Below the pieces are notes generated by a model. That model did not search any database and was not told the origin of the DNA. It worked only from the letters and a program-made list of their open reading frames with translations. From positions 4,030,001-4,094,000 of the forward strand of contig NC_058372.1 in the NCBI RefSeq assembly GCF_018350175.1: a stretch of 64,000 nucleotides of DNA, written 5' to 3'. The position numbers were made by a program, and so were the translations under genes. Positions 51,090 to 62,609 of this stretch are shown here, piece by piece. This DNA comes from Felis catus (lineage: Eukaryota). Numbering within the stretch: position 1 is the first letter of the stretch; each line of letters opens with the position of its first letter.

Positions 51090-51473
51090 CTACTTGGAGC
51101 TGGTGTACTTGGTGACGGCCTTGGTGCCCTCGGACACGGCGTGCTTGGCCAGCTCCCCGGGCAGCAGTAGACGCACGGCCGTCTGGATCTCCCGGGACGT
51201 GATGGTCGAGCGCTTGTTGTAATGCGCCAGGCGCGACGCCTCGCCCGCGATGCGCTCGAAGATGTCAGTGACGAAGGAGTTCATGATGCTCATGGCCTTG
51301 GACGAGATGCCGGTGTCGGGGTGCACCTGCTTCAGCACCTTGTAGATGTAAATGGAATAGCTCTCCTTGCGGCATCGTTTGCGTTTCTTGCCTTCCTTCT
51401 TCTGGGTTTTGGTTACAGCTTTTTTGAAGCCTTTTTTGGAAATGGTCGTGCCTTTGGAAGTCAGCTCCGGCAT
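51090..51473 (-). CDS. H2BC1: Histone H2B type 1-A (TH2B / H2B.1), 127 aa
   Basis: [58 protein letters not shown] carries TH2B diagnostic residues; TATA box and stem-loop; divergent from H2AC1. Confidence 0.95.
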   Translation of the reverse strand: MPELTSKGTTISKKGFKKAVTKTQKKEGKKRKRCRKESYSIYIYKVLKQVHPDTGISSKAMSIMNSFVTDIFERIAGEASRLAHYNKRSTITSREIQTAVRLLLPGELAKHAVSEGTKAVTKYTSSK

Positions 51474-51564
51474 GGCGGGTGCACAGCTCTCTAGCGCTAC
51501 AGCTCTACAGTTACGGCTCCAAACCCATGTCAAGTAAGCCAACAGTTTCGGGGCTGGGCCGACT

Positions 51565-51735
51565 GGTATTTATAGGCACAGTGCTGACATGACGTACAGA
51601 GCAGACACCACCTGATTGGATATCGGGTGGTGGCGTGAATGTAAATGAGGTGATTCCGGCGAGGCTTCTGATTGGGTAGATGACCATCAGCCAATCAGAT
51701 AGCAAATCATAACCTCCCAGCAGGCTATAAATAGG
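51565..51735. promoter_or_regulatory. TH2B/TH2A bidirectional promoter
   Basis: TATAAATA 51567-51574 (-) and 51726-51733 (+), CRE-like TGACGTA at 51590, CCAAT boxes at 51612, 51668 and 51691, octamer variant ATGTAAAT 51639-51646. Confidence 0.9.
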
Positions 51736-51787
51736 CCGAGTAGCGGTCTCTTCAGCAACAGCTTTTCTGCCATTCGTCGGACTAGCT

Positions 51788-52183
51788 ATGTCTGGACGAG
51801 GGAAGCAGGGAGGCAAGGCTCGCGCCAAGGCCAAGTCCAGGTCTTTTAAGGCCGGGCTGCAGTTNNNNNNNNNNNNNNNNNNNNNNNNNNNNNNNNNNNN
51901 NNNNNNNNNNNNNNNNNNNNNNNNNNNNNNNNNNNNNNNNNNNNNNNNNNNNNNNNNNNNNNNNNNNNNNNNNNNNNNNNNNNNNNNNNNNNNNNNNNNN
52001 NNNNNNNNNNNNNNNNNNNNNNNNNNNNNNNNNNNNNNNNNNNNNNNNNNNNNNNNNNNNNNNNNNNNNNNNNNNNNNNNNNNNNNNNNNNNNNNNGCGC
52101 AGGGCGGCGTCCTGCCCAACATCCAGGCCGTGCTGCTGCCCAAGAAGACCGAGAGCCACCGCCACAAAGCCCAGAACAAATAA
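51788..52183 (+). CDS. H2AC1: Histone H2A type 1-A (TH2A / H2A.1); core in gap 51865-52096
   Basis: [23 protein letters not shown] ... [28 protein letters not shown]; TH2A-type C-terminus; 131-codon span. Confidence 0.88.
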   Translation: MSGRGKQGGKARAKAKSRSFKAGLQXXXXXXXXXXXXXXXXXXXXXXXXXXXXXXXXXXXXXXXXXXXXXXXXXXXXXXXXXXXXXXXXXXXXXXXXXXXXXXAQGGVLPNIQAVLLPKKTESHRHKAQNK

Positions 52184-52241
52184 TTTCCAAGCCGTGAATC
52201 CTAGCGAGTCTGACCTGAACCGTTTGCAGAAAAAAACCAAA

Positions 52242-52257
52242 GGCTCTTTTCAGAGCC
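52242..52257 (+). terminator. Histone 3' stem-loop of H2AC1
   Basis: ACCAAA-GGCTCTTTTCAGAGCC-ACTCA. Confidence 0.95.
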
Positions 52258-52782
52258 ACTCAGATGGTCAATGGAGGCTGTGCATGAAATGGCAACGGTT
52301 AGAACTGCACTTCTCCAGAAATAGGCAGCCGTGTACCTATATCCATATACGGTGAGTCTTAGGAAGGTTACGGCATTTGAGACCTGTCTCTCGGTTCTAT
52401 GAACCGGTTCTTTGAGAGTTTTAGCGGAAGCTTTCCTAGGAAGCTGACCTGAGTTGTGAGTCCCCACATCTTGGAGTCCGTGGGAGGAGGGGCTGACTCC
52501 CAATTAGTTAAGCATTATAACCACCACTTGGTTTCTGTGTTAATGTAAACAGGCGGGTTTCATGCTAATACCACAGTGAGTTAAGGGCTCTTAAGTGGTT
52601 GGGGAAGAACAAACAGGAGGTGTAAGCTTGCAGCTCCCACGTGGCAGTCCGGCAGCACGTCTTTAATATTGTTCAGTATCCTGAAATCTTGAAACAAAAG
52701 TTATGTTAACCTTCAAATTTGGTGAAGGGGCGTTTGAGCATTTGATATCCGTGGCTTCACACATGCCTACTAAAAAGCCCTA

Positions 52783-53190
52783 GAGGCGCACCTGGGCGGC
52801 TCAGTCCACTATGAGTCTGGCTCTTCCTTTGGGCTTAGATCGTGACCTCCCATGATCAAGCCCCGCCTTGGGCTCTGTGGGGACAGCTTGGTGCCTGCTT
52901 GGGATTCTCTTTCCCTCTGCCCCTCCCCTGCTTGCATGCACACGTTCCTGTTCTCTCTCAAATATTAAAAAAAAAATATTTTAGGGGCACCTGTGTGGCT
53001 CAGGCAGTTGACCATCAGACTTCGGCTCAGGTCGTGATTTCGAGGTTCATTAGTTCAAGTCTCACATCAGGCTCACTGCTGTCAGCCTGTCAGTGCAGAG
53101 CCCCTTGGGATCCTCTGTCCACCTCTCTCTGCCCCTCCCCTGCTTGCACTCTCTCAAAAGTAAACATTAAAAAAAAAAAAAAAAAAAACA
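52783..53190 (+). mobile_element. Two tandem SINECs
   Basis: Heads at about 52783 and 52984, each with an A tail. Confidence 0.85.
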
Positions 53191-53786
53191 ACCTAAAATC
53201 ATTCCTTAAAATGTAGAACAGCGTAGATCTTGAAACAAAGCTTTGGTGTACCCTGGATGATGGAGAGATGACTGTCAGTCTCATAAGAAGAAAATGTGAC
53301 AAGGTCTATCGACTTTGAAATTACTAAAAAATTTTCATCAAGCTCTTCAAAATTTTAACTACAAAAACAAAATTTTGGTTGATTTGTGAACACTAACAAA
53401 TTGGAAAGCAAATGAACGTTTAGTTAGACTCGTGCATAGTTACAAAATACAAATTACAAAATATTGAGTAGTCCACCTTATCTAAAAGCAAAACGTTTTC
53501 ATTGGTTTTCTTAAAAATAAAAAGCCATTTCTAGACACTTGAGATCAACACATAAGATATGTATAGACGCAGTTATGAAGGAAGGTATAAACTCTAAGAA
53601 GTTGAAAAATGAGAATAAAGTACATAATATATTGATGAGGGGAAATCAGATTATGAAAGAATCCTGTCGAATTTGTGTACAAAAATATCAATACGTGCAA
53701 TTGGGGAGGGTACAAAGATTTTAAAGACTGAAAAATCGCACGGATACATTGAACAAAATGAGATGATGTTTAGAACGTAGCAGTTA

Positions 53787-54447
53787 GGGGGAGTTAAGAT
53801 GGCATAGTAGTAAGGGGACCCTGAGCTTGTTCTGTCCCTGGAGCACAGCTAGATCAACATCAAACCATTTTGAACACCTAGAGGATTGATCTGGGCATTA
53901 ATCTGAACGAGAGCGAGAGAGGCAGGTACGCAGTGCAGAGAGGTGAACTGGGGGAAAGAAAAGCCAAGGTGCCGCGGAGGGCAGGGAGCCTTTTTTGCAG
54001 AGACCGGACAGAGCGACAAAGGAGGGCAGGGGAGAGGGCAGAGGAGAGGGCAGTGCATCAGGATCTTGAAAGAAAACCACTCCCCCCAAAGTAGCTGGAG
54101 AGAAAAAAGAGTGAAAATACTCGCAGGGACTGCACAAGAGATCTGTTCCCCCAAACCACCGATGGGAAAAGGAGAGGGTTTCAATACCGCCAGTTTTTTA
54201 TGATCAGTGGAGCGCAGCATCTGAAGTCTCGGGGCTCAGTGCCCGGTGACAGTCTGGCGAGGAATCCCCGGGAGCAGGCAGCACGGTCTGAGGGAGAGGT
54301 CTGTTGGGAGAGGTGTGGGGTGGGGGCTGGGCTATGTGGGCGATGGGCATTGAAGGCACCTGTTAGGATGAGCCCTGGGTGTTATATGAAACTGATGAAT
54401 CACTAAATTCTGTTCCTGAAACCAATGCTGCACTATAAGTTAACTAA
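53787..54447 (+). mobile_element. Internally deleted L1 (5'UTR joined to 3'UTR)
   Basis: GGGGGAGTTAAGATGGC L1 start; after about 530 nt it switches to carnivore L1 3'UTR (gatgggcattgaaggcacc..gatgaatcactaaattct..aagttaactaa). Confidence 0.7.
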
Positions 54448-54590
54448 NNNNNNNNNNNNNNNNNNNNNNNNNNNNNNNNNNNNNNNNNNNNNNNNNNNNN
54501 NNNNNNNNNNNNNNNNNNNNNNNNNNNNNNNNNNNNNNNNNNNNNNNNNNNNNNNNNNNNNNNNNNNNNNNNNNNNNNNNNNNNNNNNNN

Positions 54591-57500
54591 ACAAATTGGT
54601 TTCCATACAACATCTAGTGCTCATCCCAAAAGGTGCCCTCCTCAATACCCATCACCCACCCTCTCCTCCCTCCCACCCCCCATCAACCCTCAGTTTGTTC
54701 TCAGTTTTTAACAGTCTCTTATGCTTTGGCTCTCTCCCACTCTAACCTCTTTTTTTTTTTTCCTTCCCCTCCCCCATGGGTTCCTGTTAAGTTTCTCAGG
54801 ATCCACATAAGAGTGAAACCATATGGTATCTGTCTTTCTCTGTATGGCTTATTTCACTTAGCATAACACTCTCCAGTTCCATCCACGTTGCTACAAAAGG
54901 CCATATTTCATTTTTTCTCATTCCCACGTAGTATTCCATTGTGTATATAAACCACAATTTCTTTATCCATTCATCAGTTGATGGACATTTAGGCTCTTTC
55001 CATAATTTGGCTATTGTTGAGAGTGCTGCTATGAACATTGGGGTACAAGTGCCCCTATGCATCAGTACTCCTGTATCCCTTGGATAAATTCCTAGCAGTG
55101 CTATTGCTGGGTCATAGGGTAGGTCTATTTTTAATTTTCTGAGGAACCTCCACACTGCTTTCCAGAGCGGCTGCACCAATTTGCATTCCCACCAACAGTG
55201 CAAGAGGGTTCCCGTTTCTCCACATCCTCTCCAGCATCTATAGTCTCGTGATTTGTTCGTTTTGGCCACTCTGACTGGCGTGAGGTGATACCTGAGTGTG
55301 GTTTTGATTTGTATTTCCCTGATAAGGAGCGACGCTGAACATCTTTTCATGTGCCTGTTGGCCATCCGGATGTCTTCTTTAGAGAAGTGTATATTCATGT
55401 TTTCTGCCCATTTCTTCACTGGGTTATTTGTTTTTCGGGTGTGGAGTTTNNNNNNNNNNNNNNNNNNNNNNNNNNNNNNNNNNNNNNNNNNNNNNNNNNN
55501 NNNNNNNNNNNNNNNNNNNNNNNNNNNNNNNNNNNNNNNNNNNNNNNNNNNNNNNNNNNNNNNNNNNNNNNNNNNNNNNNNNNNNNNNNNNNNNNAATTC
55601 ACTTTTGCTTTTAATTCCCTTGCCTTTGGGGATGTGTCGAATAAGAGATTGCTACGGCTGAGGTCAGAGAGGTCTTTTCCTGCTTTCTCCTCTAAGGTTT
55701 TGATGGTTTCCTGTCTCACATTCAGGTCCTTTATCCATTTTGAGTTTATTTTTGTGAACGGTGTGAGAAAGTGGTCTAGTTTCAACCTTCTGCATGTTGC
55801 TGTCCAGTTCTCCCAGCACCATTTGCTAAAGAGGCTGTCTTTTTTCCATTGGATGTTCTTTCCTGCTTTGTCAAAGATTAGTTGGCCATACGTTTGTGGG
55901 TCTAGTTCTGGGGTTTCTATTCTATTCCATTGGTCTATGTGTCTGTTTTTGTGCCAATACCATGCTGTCTTGATGATGACAGCTTTGTAGTAGAGGCTAA
56001 AGTCTAGGATTGTGATGCCTCCTGCTTTGGTCTTCTTCTTCAAAATTCCTTTGGCTATTCGGGGCCTTTTGTGGTTCCATATGAATTTTAGGATTGCTTG
56101 TTCTAGTTTCGAGAAGAATGCTGGTGCAATTTTGATTGGGATTGCATTGAATGTGTAGATAGCTTTGGGTAGTATTGACATTTTGACAATATTTATTTTT
56201 CCAATCCATGAGCAGGGAATGTCTTTCCATTTCTTTAAATCTTCTTCAATTTCCTTCATAAGCTTTCTATAGTTTTCAGCATACAGATCCTTTACATCTT
56301 TGGTTAGATTTATTCCTAGGTATTTTATGCTTCTTGGTGCAATTGTGAATGGGATCAGTTTCTTTATTTGTCTTTCTGTTGCTTCATTGTTAGTGTATAA
56401 GAATGCAACTGATTTCTGTACATTGATTTTGTATCCTGCAACTTTGCTGAATTCCTGTATCAGTTCTAGCAGACTTTTGGTGGAGTCTATCGGATTTTCC
56501 ATGTATAATATCATGTCATCTGCAAAAAGCGAAAGCTTGACTTCATCTTTGCCAATTTTGATGCCTTTGGTTTCCTTTTGTTGTCTGATTGCTGATGCTA
56601 GAACTTCCAGCACTATGTTAAACAGCAGTGGTGAGAGTGGGCATCCTTGTCGTGTTCCTGATCTCAGGGAAAAAGCTCTCAGTTTTCCCCGTTGAGGACG
56701 ATGTTAGCTGTGGGCTTTTCATAAATGGCTTTTATGATCTTTAAGTATGTTCCTTCTATCCCGACTTTCTCAAAGGTTTTTATTAAGAAAGCGTGCTGGA
56801 GGGGCGCCTGGGTGGAGCAGTCGGTTAAGCGTCCGACTTCAGCCAGGTCACGATCTCGCGGTCCGTGAGTTCGAGCCCCGCGTCGGGCTCTGGGCTGATG
56901 GCTCAGGGCCTGGAGCCTGTTTCCGATTCTGTGTCTCCCTCTCTCTCTGCCCCTCCCCCGTTCATGCTCTCTCTCTGTCACAAAAATAAATAAAAAAACG
57001 TTGAAAAAAAAAAAAAAGAAAGGGTGCTGGATTTTGTCAAAGGCCTTTTCTGCATCGATTGACAGGATCATATGGTTCTTCTCTTTTTTTTTGTTAATGT
57101 GATGTATCACGTTGATTGATTTGCGAATGTTGAACCAGCCCTGCATCCCAGGAATGAATCCCACTTGATCATGGTGAATAATTCTTTTTATATGCCGTTG
57201 AATTCGATTTGCTAGTATCTTACTGAGAATTTTTGCATCCATATTCATCAGGGATATTGGCCTGTAGTTCTCTTTTTTTACTGGGTCTCTGTCTGGTTTA
57301 GGAATCAAAGTAATACTGGCTTCATAGAATGAGTCTGGAAGTTTTCCTTCCCTTTCTATTTCTTGGAATAGCTTGAGAAGGATAGGTATTATCTCTGCTT
57401 TAAACGTCTGGTAGAACTCCCCTGGGAAGCCATCTGGTCCTGGACTCTTATTTGTTGGGAGATTTTTGATAACCGATTCAATTTCTTCGCTGGTTATGGG

Positions 57501-60500
57501 TCTGTTCAAGCTTTCTATTTCCTCCTGATTGAGTTTTGGAAGAGTGTGGGTGTTCAGGAATTTGTCCATTTCTTCCAGGTTGTCCAATTTGTTGGAATAT
57601 AATTTTTCATAGTATTCCCTGATAATTGTTTGTATCTCTGAGGGATTGGTGGTAATAATTCCATTTTCATTCATGATTTTATCTATTTGGGTCATCTCCC
57701 TTTTCTTTTTGAGAAGCCTGGCTAGAGGTTTGTCAATTTTGTTTATTTTTTCAAAAAACCAACTCTTGGTTTCGTTGATCTGCTCTACAGTTTTTTTAGA
57801 TTCTATATTGTTTATTTCTGCTCTGATCTTTATTATTTCTCTTCTTCTGCTGGGTTTAGGCTGCCTTTGCTGTTCTGCTTCTAGTTCCTTTAGGTGTGCT
57901 GTTAGATTTTATATTTGGGATTTTTCTTGTTTCTTGAGATAGGCCTGGATTGCAATGTATTTTCCTCTCAGGACTGCCTTCGCTGCGTCCCAAAGCGTTT
58001 GGATTGTTGTATTTTCATTTTCGTTTGTTTCCATATATTTTTTAATTTCTTCTCTAATTGCCTGGTTGACCCACTCATTCGTTAGTAGGGTGTTCTTTAA
58101 CCTCCATGCTTTTGGAGGTTTTCCAGACTTTTTTCTGTGGTTGATTTCAAGCTTCATAGCATGGTGGTCTGAAAGTATGCATGGTATAATTTCAATTCTT
58201 GTAAACTTATGAAGGGCTGTTTTGTGACCCAGTATATGATCTATCTTGGAGAATGTTCCATGTGCACTCGAGAAGAAAGTATATTCTGTTGCTTTGGGAT
58301 GCAGAGTTCTAAATACATCTGTCAAGTCCATCTGATCCAATGTATCATTCAGGACCCTTGTTTCTTTATTGATCTTGTGTCTAGATGATCTATCCATTGT
58401 TGTAAGTGGAGTATTAAAGTCCCCTCCAATTACCAAATTCTTATCAACAAGGTTGCTTATGTTTGTGATTAATTGTTTTATATACTTGGGGGCTCTCATA
58501 TTCGACGCACAGACATTTATAATTGTTAGCTCTTCCTGATGGATAGACCCTGTAATTATTATATAATGCCCTTCTTCATCCCTTGTTACAGCCTTTAATT
58601 TAAAGTCTAGTTTGTCTGATATAAGTATGGCTACTCCAGCTTTCTTTTGGCTTCCAGTAGCATGATAAATAGTTCTCCATCCCCTCACTCTCAATCTAAA
58701 GGTGTCCTCAGGTCTAAAATGAGTCTCTTGTAGACAGCAAATAGATGGGTCTTGGTTTTTTATCCATTCTGATACCCTATGTCTTTTGGTTGGCGCATTT
58801 AATCCATTTACATTCAGTGTTATTATAGAAAGATATGGGTTTAGAGTCATTGTGATGTCTGTATGTTTTATGCTTGTAGTGATGTCTCTGGGACTTTGTC
58901 TCGCAGGGTCCCCCTTAGGATCTCTTGTAGGGCTGGTTTAGTGGTGACAAATTCCTTCAGGTTTTGTTTGTTTGGGAAGACCTTTATCTCTCCTTCTATT
59001 CTAAATGACAGACTTGCTGGATAAAGGATTCTTGGCTGCATATTTTTTCTGTCTAGCACCCTGAAAATCTCGTGCCAATTCTTTCTGGCCTGCCAAGTTT
59101 CAAAAGAGAGATCAGTCACGAGTCTTATAGGTCTCCCTTTATATGTGAGGGCACGTTTACCCCTTGCTGCTTTCAGAATTTTCTCTTTATCCTTGTATTT
59201 TGCTGGTTTCACTGTGATATGTCGTGCAGAAGATCGATTCAAGTTATGTCTGAAGGGAGTTCTCTGTGCCTCTTAGATTTCAATGCCTTTTTCCTTCCCC
59301 AGTTCAGGGAAGTTCTCAGCTATTATTTCTTCAAGTACCCCTTCAGCACCTTTCCCTCTCTCTTCCTCCTCTGGGATACCAATTATGCGTATATTATTTC
59401 TTTTTAGTGTATCACTTAGTTCTCTAATTTTCCCCTCATACTCCTGGATTTTTTTCTCTCTCTTTTTCTCAGCTTCCTCTTTTTCCATAACTTTATCTTC
59501 TAGTTCACCTATTCTCTGCCTCTTCAAGCCGAGCTGTGGTGGTTTCCATTTTGTTATGCATTTCATTTAAAGCGTTTTTCAGCTCCTGGTGACTGTTCCT
59601 TAGTCCCTTGATCTCTGTAGCAAGAGATTCTCTGCTGTCCTGTATACTGTTTTCAAGCCCAGCGATTAATTTTATGACTATTATTCTAAATTCACTTTCT
59701 GTTATATTATTTAAATCCTTTTTGATCAGCTCATTAGCTCTTGTTATTTCCTGGAGATTCTTCTGAGGGGAATTCTTCCGCTTGGTCATTTTGGATAGTC
59801 CCTGGCGTGGTGAGGACCTGCAGGGCACTTCCCCTGTGCTGTGGTGTATAACTGGAGTTGGTGGGCGGGGCCGCAGTCAGACCTGATGTCTGCCCCCAGC
59901 CCACCGCTGGGGTCACAGTCAGACTGGTGTGAGCCTTCTCTTCCCTTCTCCTAGGGGCGGGATTCACTGTGGGGTGCCATGGCCCGTCTGGGCTACTTGC
60001 ACACTGCCAGGCTTGTGATGCTGGGGATCTGGCGTATTAGCTGGGGTGGGTAGGCAAGGTGCACAGGGGCAGGAGGGGCAGGCTTAGCTCGCTTCTCCTT
60101 AGGTGATCCACTTCAGGAGGGGCCCTGTGGCAGCGGGAGGGAGTCAGATCCGCTGCCGGAGGTTTGGCTCCACAGAAGCACAGAGTTGTGTGTTTGCGCG
60201 GAGCGAGCAAGTTCCCTGGCAGGAACTGGTTCTCTTTGGGGTTTTGGCTGGGGATGGGCGGGGGAGATGGCGCTGGCGAGCGCCTTTGTTCCCCACCAAA
60301 CTGAGCTCTGTCGTCCGGGGGCTCAGCAGCTCTCCCTCCCTTTGTCCTCCAGCCTTCCCGCTTTCCGAGCAGAGCTGTTAACTTATGACCTCCCAGACGC
60401 TAAGTCGCGCTTGTTGTGGGAACACAGTCCGTCAGGCCCCTCCGCTTTTGCCAGCCAGACTCGGGGGCTCTGCTTGGCCGGCGAGCCGCCCCTCCGCCCA

Positions 60501-60708
60501 GGCTCCCTCCCGCCAGTCCGTGGAGCGCGCACCGCCTCGCCGCCCTTCCTACCCTCTTCCGTGGGCCTCTTGTCTGCGTTTGGCTCCGGCGACTCCGTTC
60601 TGCTAATCCTCTGGTGGTTTTCTGGATTATTTAGGTGGAATCTAAGTGATCAGCAGGACGTGCGGTGAGCCCAGCGTCCTCCTAAGCCGCCATCTTGCAA
60701 ACCGCCCC
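54591..60708 (-). mobile_element. Full-length felid L1, inactivated: 5'UTR, ORF1 (59789-58868, disrupted), ORF2 (58850 to about 54796; stop at 57909 and SINE insertion)
   Basis: EN domain (LNVNGLNAPTKR..CCLQETH), RT domain (LFADDMILY), C-terminal [18 protein letters not shown]; 5' end GGGGCGGTTTGCAAGATGGCGG. Confidence 0.97.
56801..57017 (+). mobile_element. SINEC_Fc inserted into L1 ORF2
   Basis: 16-bp TSD aagaaag(c/g)gtgctgga at 56785-56800 and 57016-57031. Confidence 0.95.
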
Positions 60709-61625
60709 GCAATTACTTTTTTTTTAATGTGAGATTATAAAATCGGGGAAGAATAATGGTATAAATAAATGATTGTCTACATGAGGGGTATGTGAAAAAA
60801 TCTCCTAAACAGAAAAATACTTAATAACTTCTATAGATATCAAACGGAGTTTAATTCCCCAGCCTTCTGGAAGTGCAGAGTATGGAAAGGCAGGAAAGAA
60901 AGGAAGTGACTTCACGGTGGAGAAATCTAGCAGACGCTTCCTGAGCCAGATGATCAATGTCCACATCATCGGTGATCAGCCATGTCAATAGCATGCGCCT
61001 TTAATATGTTAAAAAGAAGTGAATTTCACTTCGTTGGTCTTCCTCCCGACAATCCCATAATCCCAGTCTAACCGTGAGGAAAATATCAGACAGATCCAAG
61101 TTCAGGAACATTCCCCAAAATATCTGACTATGAATCCTCAAAATTATTAAAGTCATCAAAATCAAGAGAATTCCAACAAACTGTCACAGCCCAGAGGTGG
61201 CTAAGGAGACATTACCACTAATGTTATGCGTTTGGGGTCGGATTTTGGAACAGGAGAAAAAAAACAATAGGTAAAACCTGTTGAAATCCAAACAAGGTTT
61301 AGAGTTCAATTCGCTGCGATGTACCAGTGTTAGTTCCTTACTTGTGACAAGTGCATAAATGTGGACGCTAGGAGAAACTGGGAGAGGAGTGTACGGGAAC
61401 TCTTGTCTTTACAACTTTTCTGTAAATCTAAAATGATTCCCAAGTTAGAAAGCTTATTGAAAAGAACAAAACAAAATAAACTCAAAGTTACTAAAACACC
61501 AGGGAAGAGCTCTAAATCCAAAAACCAACAGATGAAATATAGCCCTTCACCTGATACTCTACCTGGCTCTGAACAAAGAGTCTCTGGTTTGGGATGCTAA
61601 TGTCCTCCTAAAAAACTCGCTTGTC

Positions 61626-61990
61626 TCACTTGTAGCTGGCGTACTTGGTGACAGGACGCACAGTGTGCTTGGCCAGCTCCCCAGGCATCAGCAGGCAGTA
61701 GCCTCTGGGGGTCCCTGTAGACGATTGTCAAGAGCCCATGGTAACAGCCAGGTGAGTAGGCTCACCAGTGCTGTGCTCTCAAGTCACTAACAAACAAGTT
61801 CTTCATTCACAGGGCTTCCATAGAGGTGCCAGTGTTGGGTGAAGCTGCTTGACCACCTACCTTGTAGACCCTTAAGTGTAATAGGGCTGTCTGGAACAGC
61901 TTCTGGTATTTCCTGCCTTTTGGTGTTGATGGTGGTTTCCTGGGCCCTTTCTTGGATATGATAGAAGAGTCAGAGAAAGATTCAGAGCTA
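61626..61990 (-). pseudogene. Decayed TH2B-like H2B pseudogene
   Basis: ISKKG..VYKV..KQLHPNTG..LLMPGELAKHTV..VTKYASYK* recognisable through frameshifts. Confidence 0.85.
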
Positions 61991-62049
61991 GAAGATGCAG
62001 CCTCCCACTACTTGAGGAATAGAGAGCAGCAGGTTGTGAAGCCCTGGGG

Positions 62050-62165
62050 CTTATTAAAATGCCATGTATTCCAACGAGGTGTCTGGTAAACCCAATTTCT
62101 GATTGGAGTAAAAGCAAGAGGCAAAGGCATGTAAATGAGATACTTCAGGTCAACTCTGATTGGAT
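62050..62165. promoter_or_regulatory. Remnant TH2B/TH2A-type promoter
   Basis: CTGATTGG at 62099, ATGTAAATGAG at 62129 and CTGATTGG at 62156; same order and similar spacing as 51612-51675. Confidence 0.7.
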
Positions 62166-62609
62166 GGTACTCAGTCGCATCAACCGCTCAGAATGCAGAA
62201 GACTGTCCCGTGGGGCCTCGATCAAGAGCACTCTGAAGAGGGCCCCGATACATCTGTTGGGTTTTGCAGATTTCAGCCTCAGCTTCCTAGAGAGAGACCA
62301 GCTTCCTCCCCGAGGTCCACATTCCCAGAGGAATGGGTCGGGCCCACTTTGAGTCACAGGTCCACTCACTGTTCATCAACGTTAGAGAGGGAGAATGATC
62401 TTGGAAAAACAGTGCATCCTGAGTGGACACCTCAGGAGGTCTGTCTGTACTTTCCAGTTTTTTCTGACGTGGTGTCGTAACTGCTCTGATGGCCATGTGG
62501 TCAGAAGTACAGTTGCAGTCTCTGTCACCTGAGCAAGTGAAGGTAATACTTTGCTGTTAGAATTATTAGCCTGGACAAATTTCTGTTTTTAGATAGTGAG
62601 GCGAGGCAT

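Noticed and set aside
51474-51542. N-terminal extension of H2BC1 in the ORF track
   Set aside because: Starts at a non-ATG codon around the TSS; the true ATG is at 51473.
62287-62496. 69-aa minus-strand ORF MAIRAVTTPRQKK...
   Set aside because: No recognisable homology and no supporting signals.
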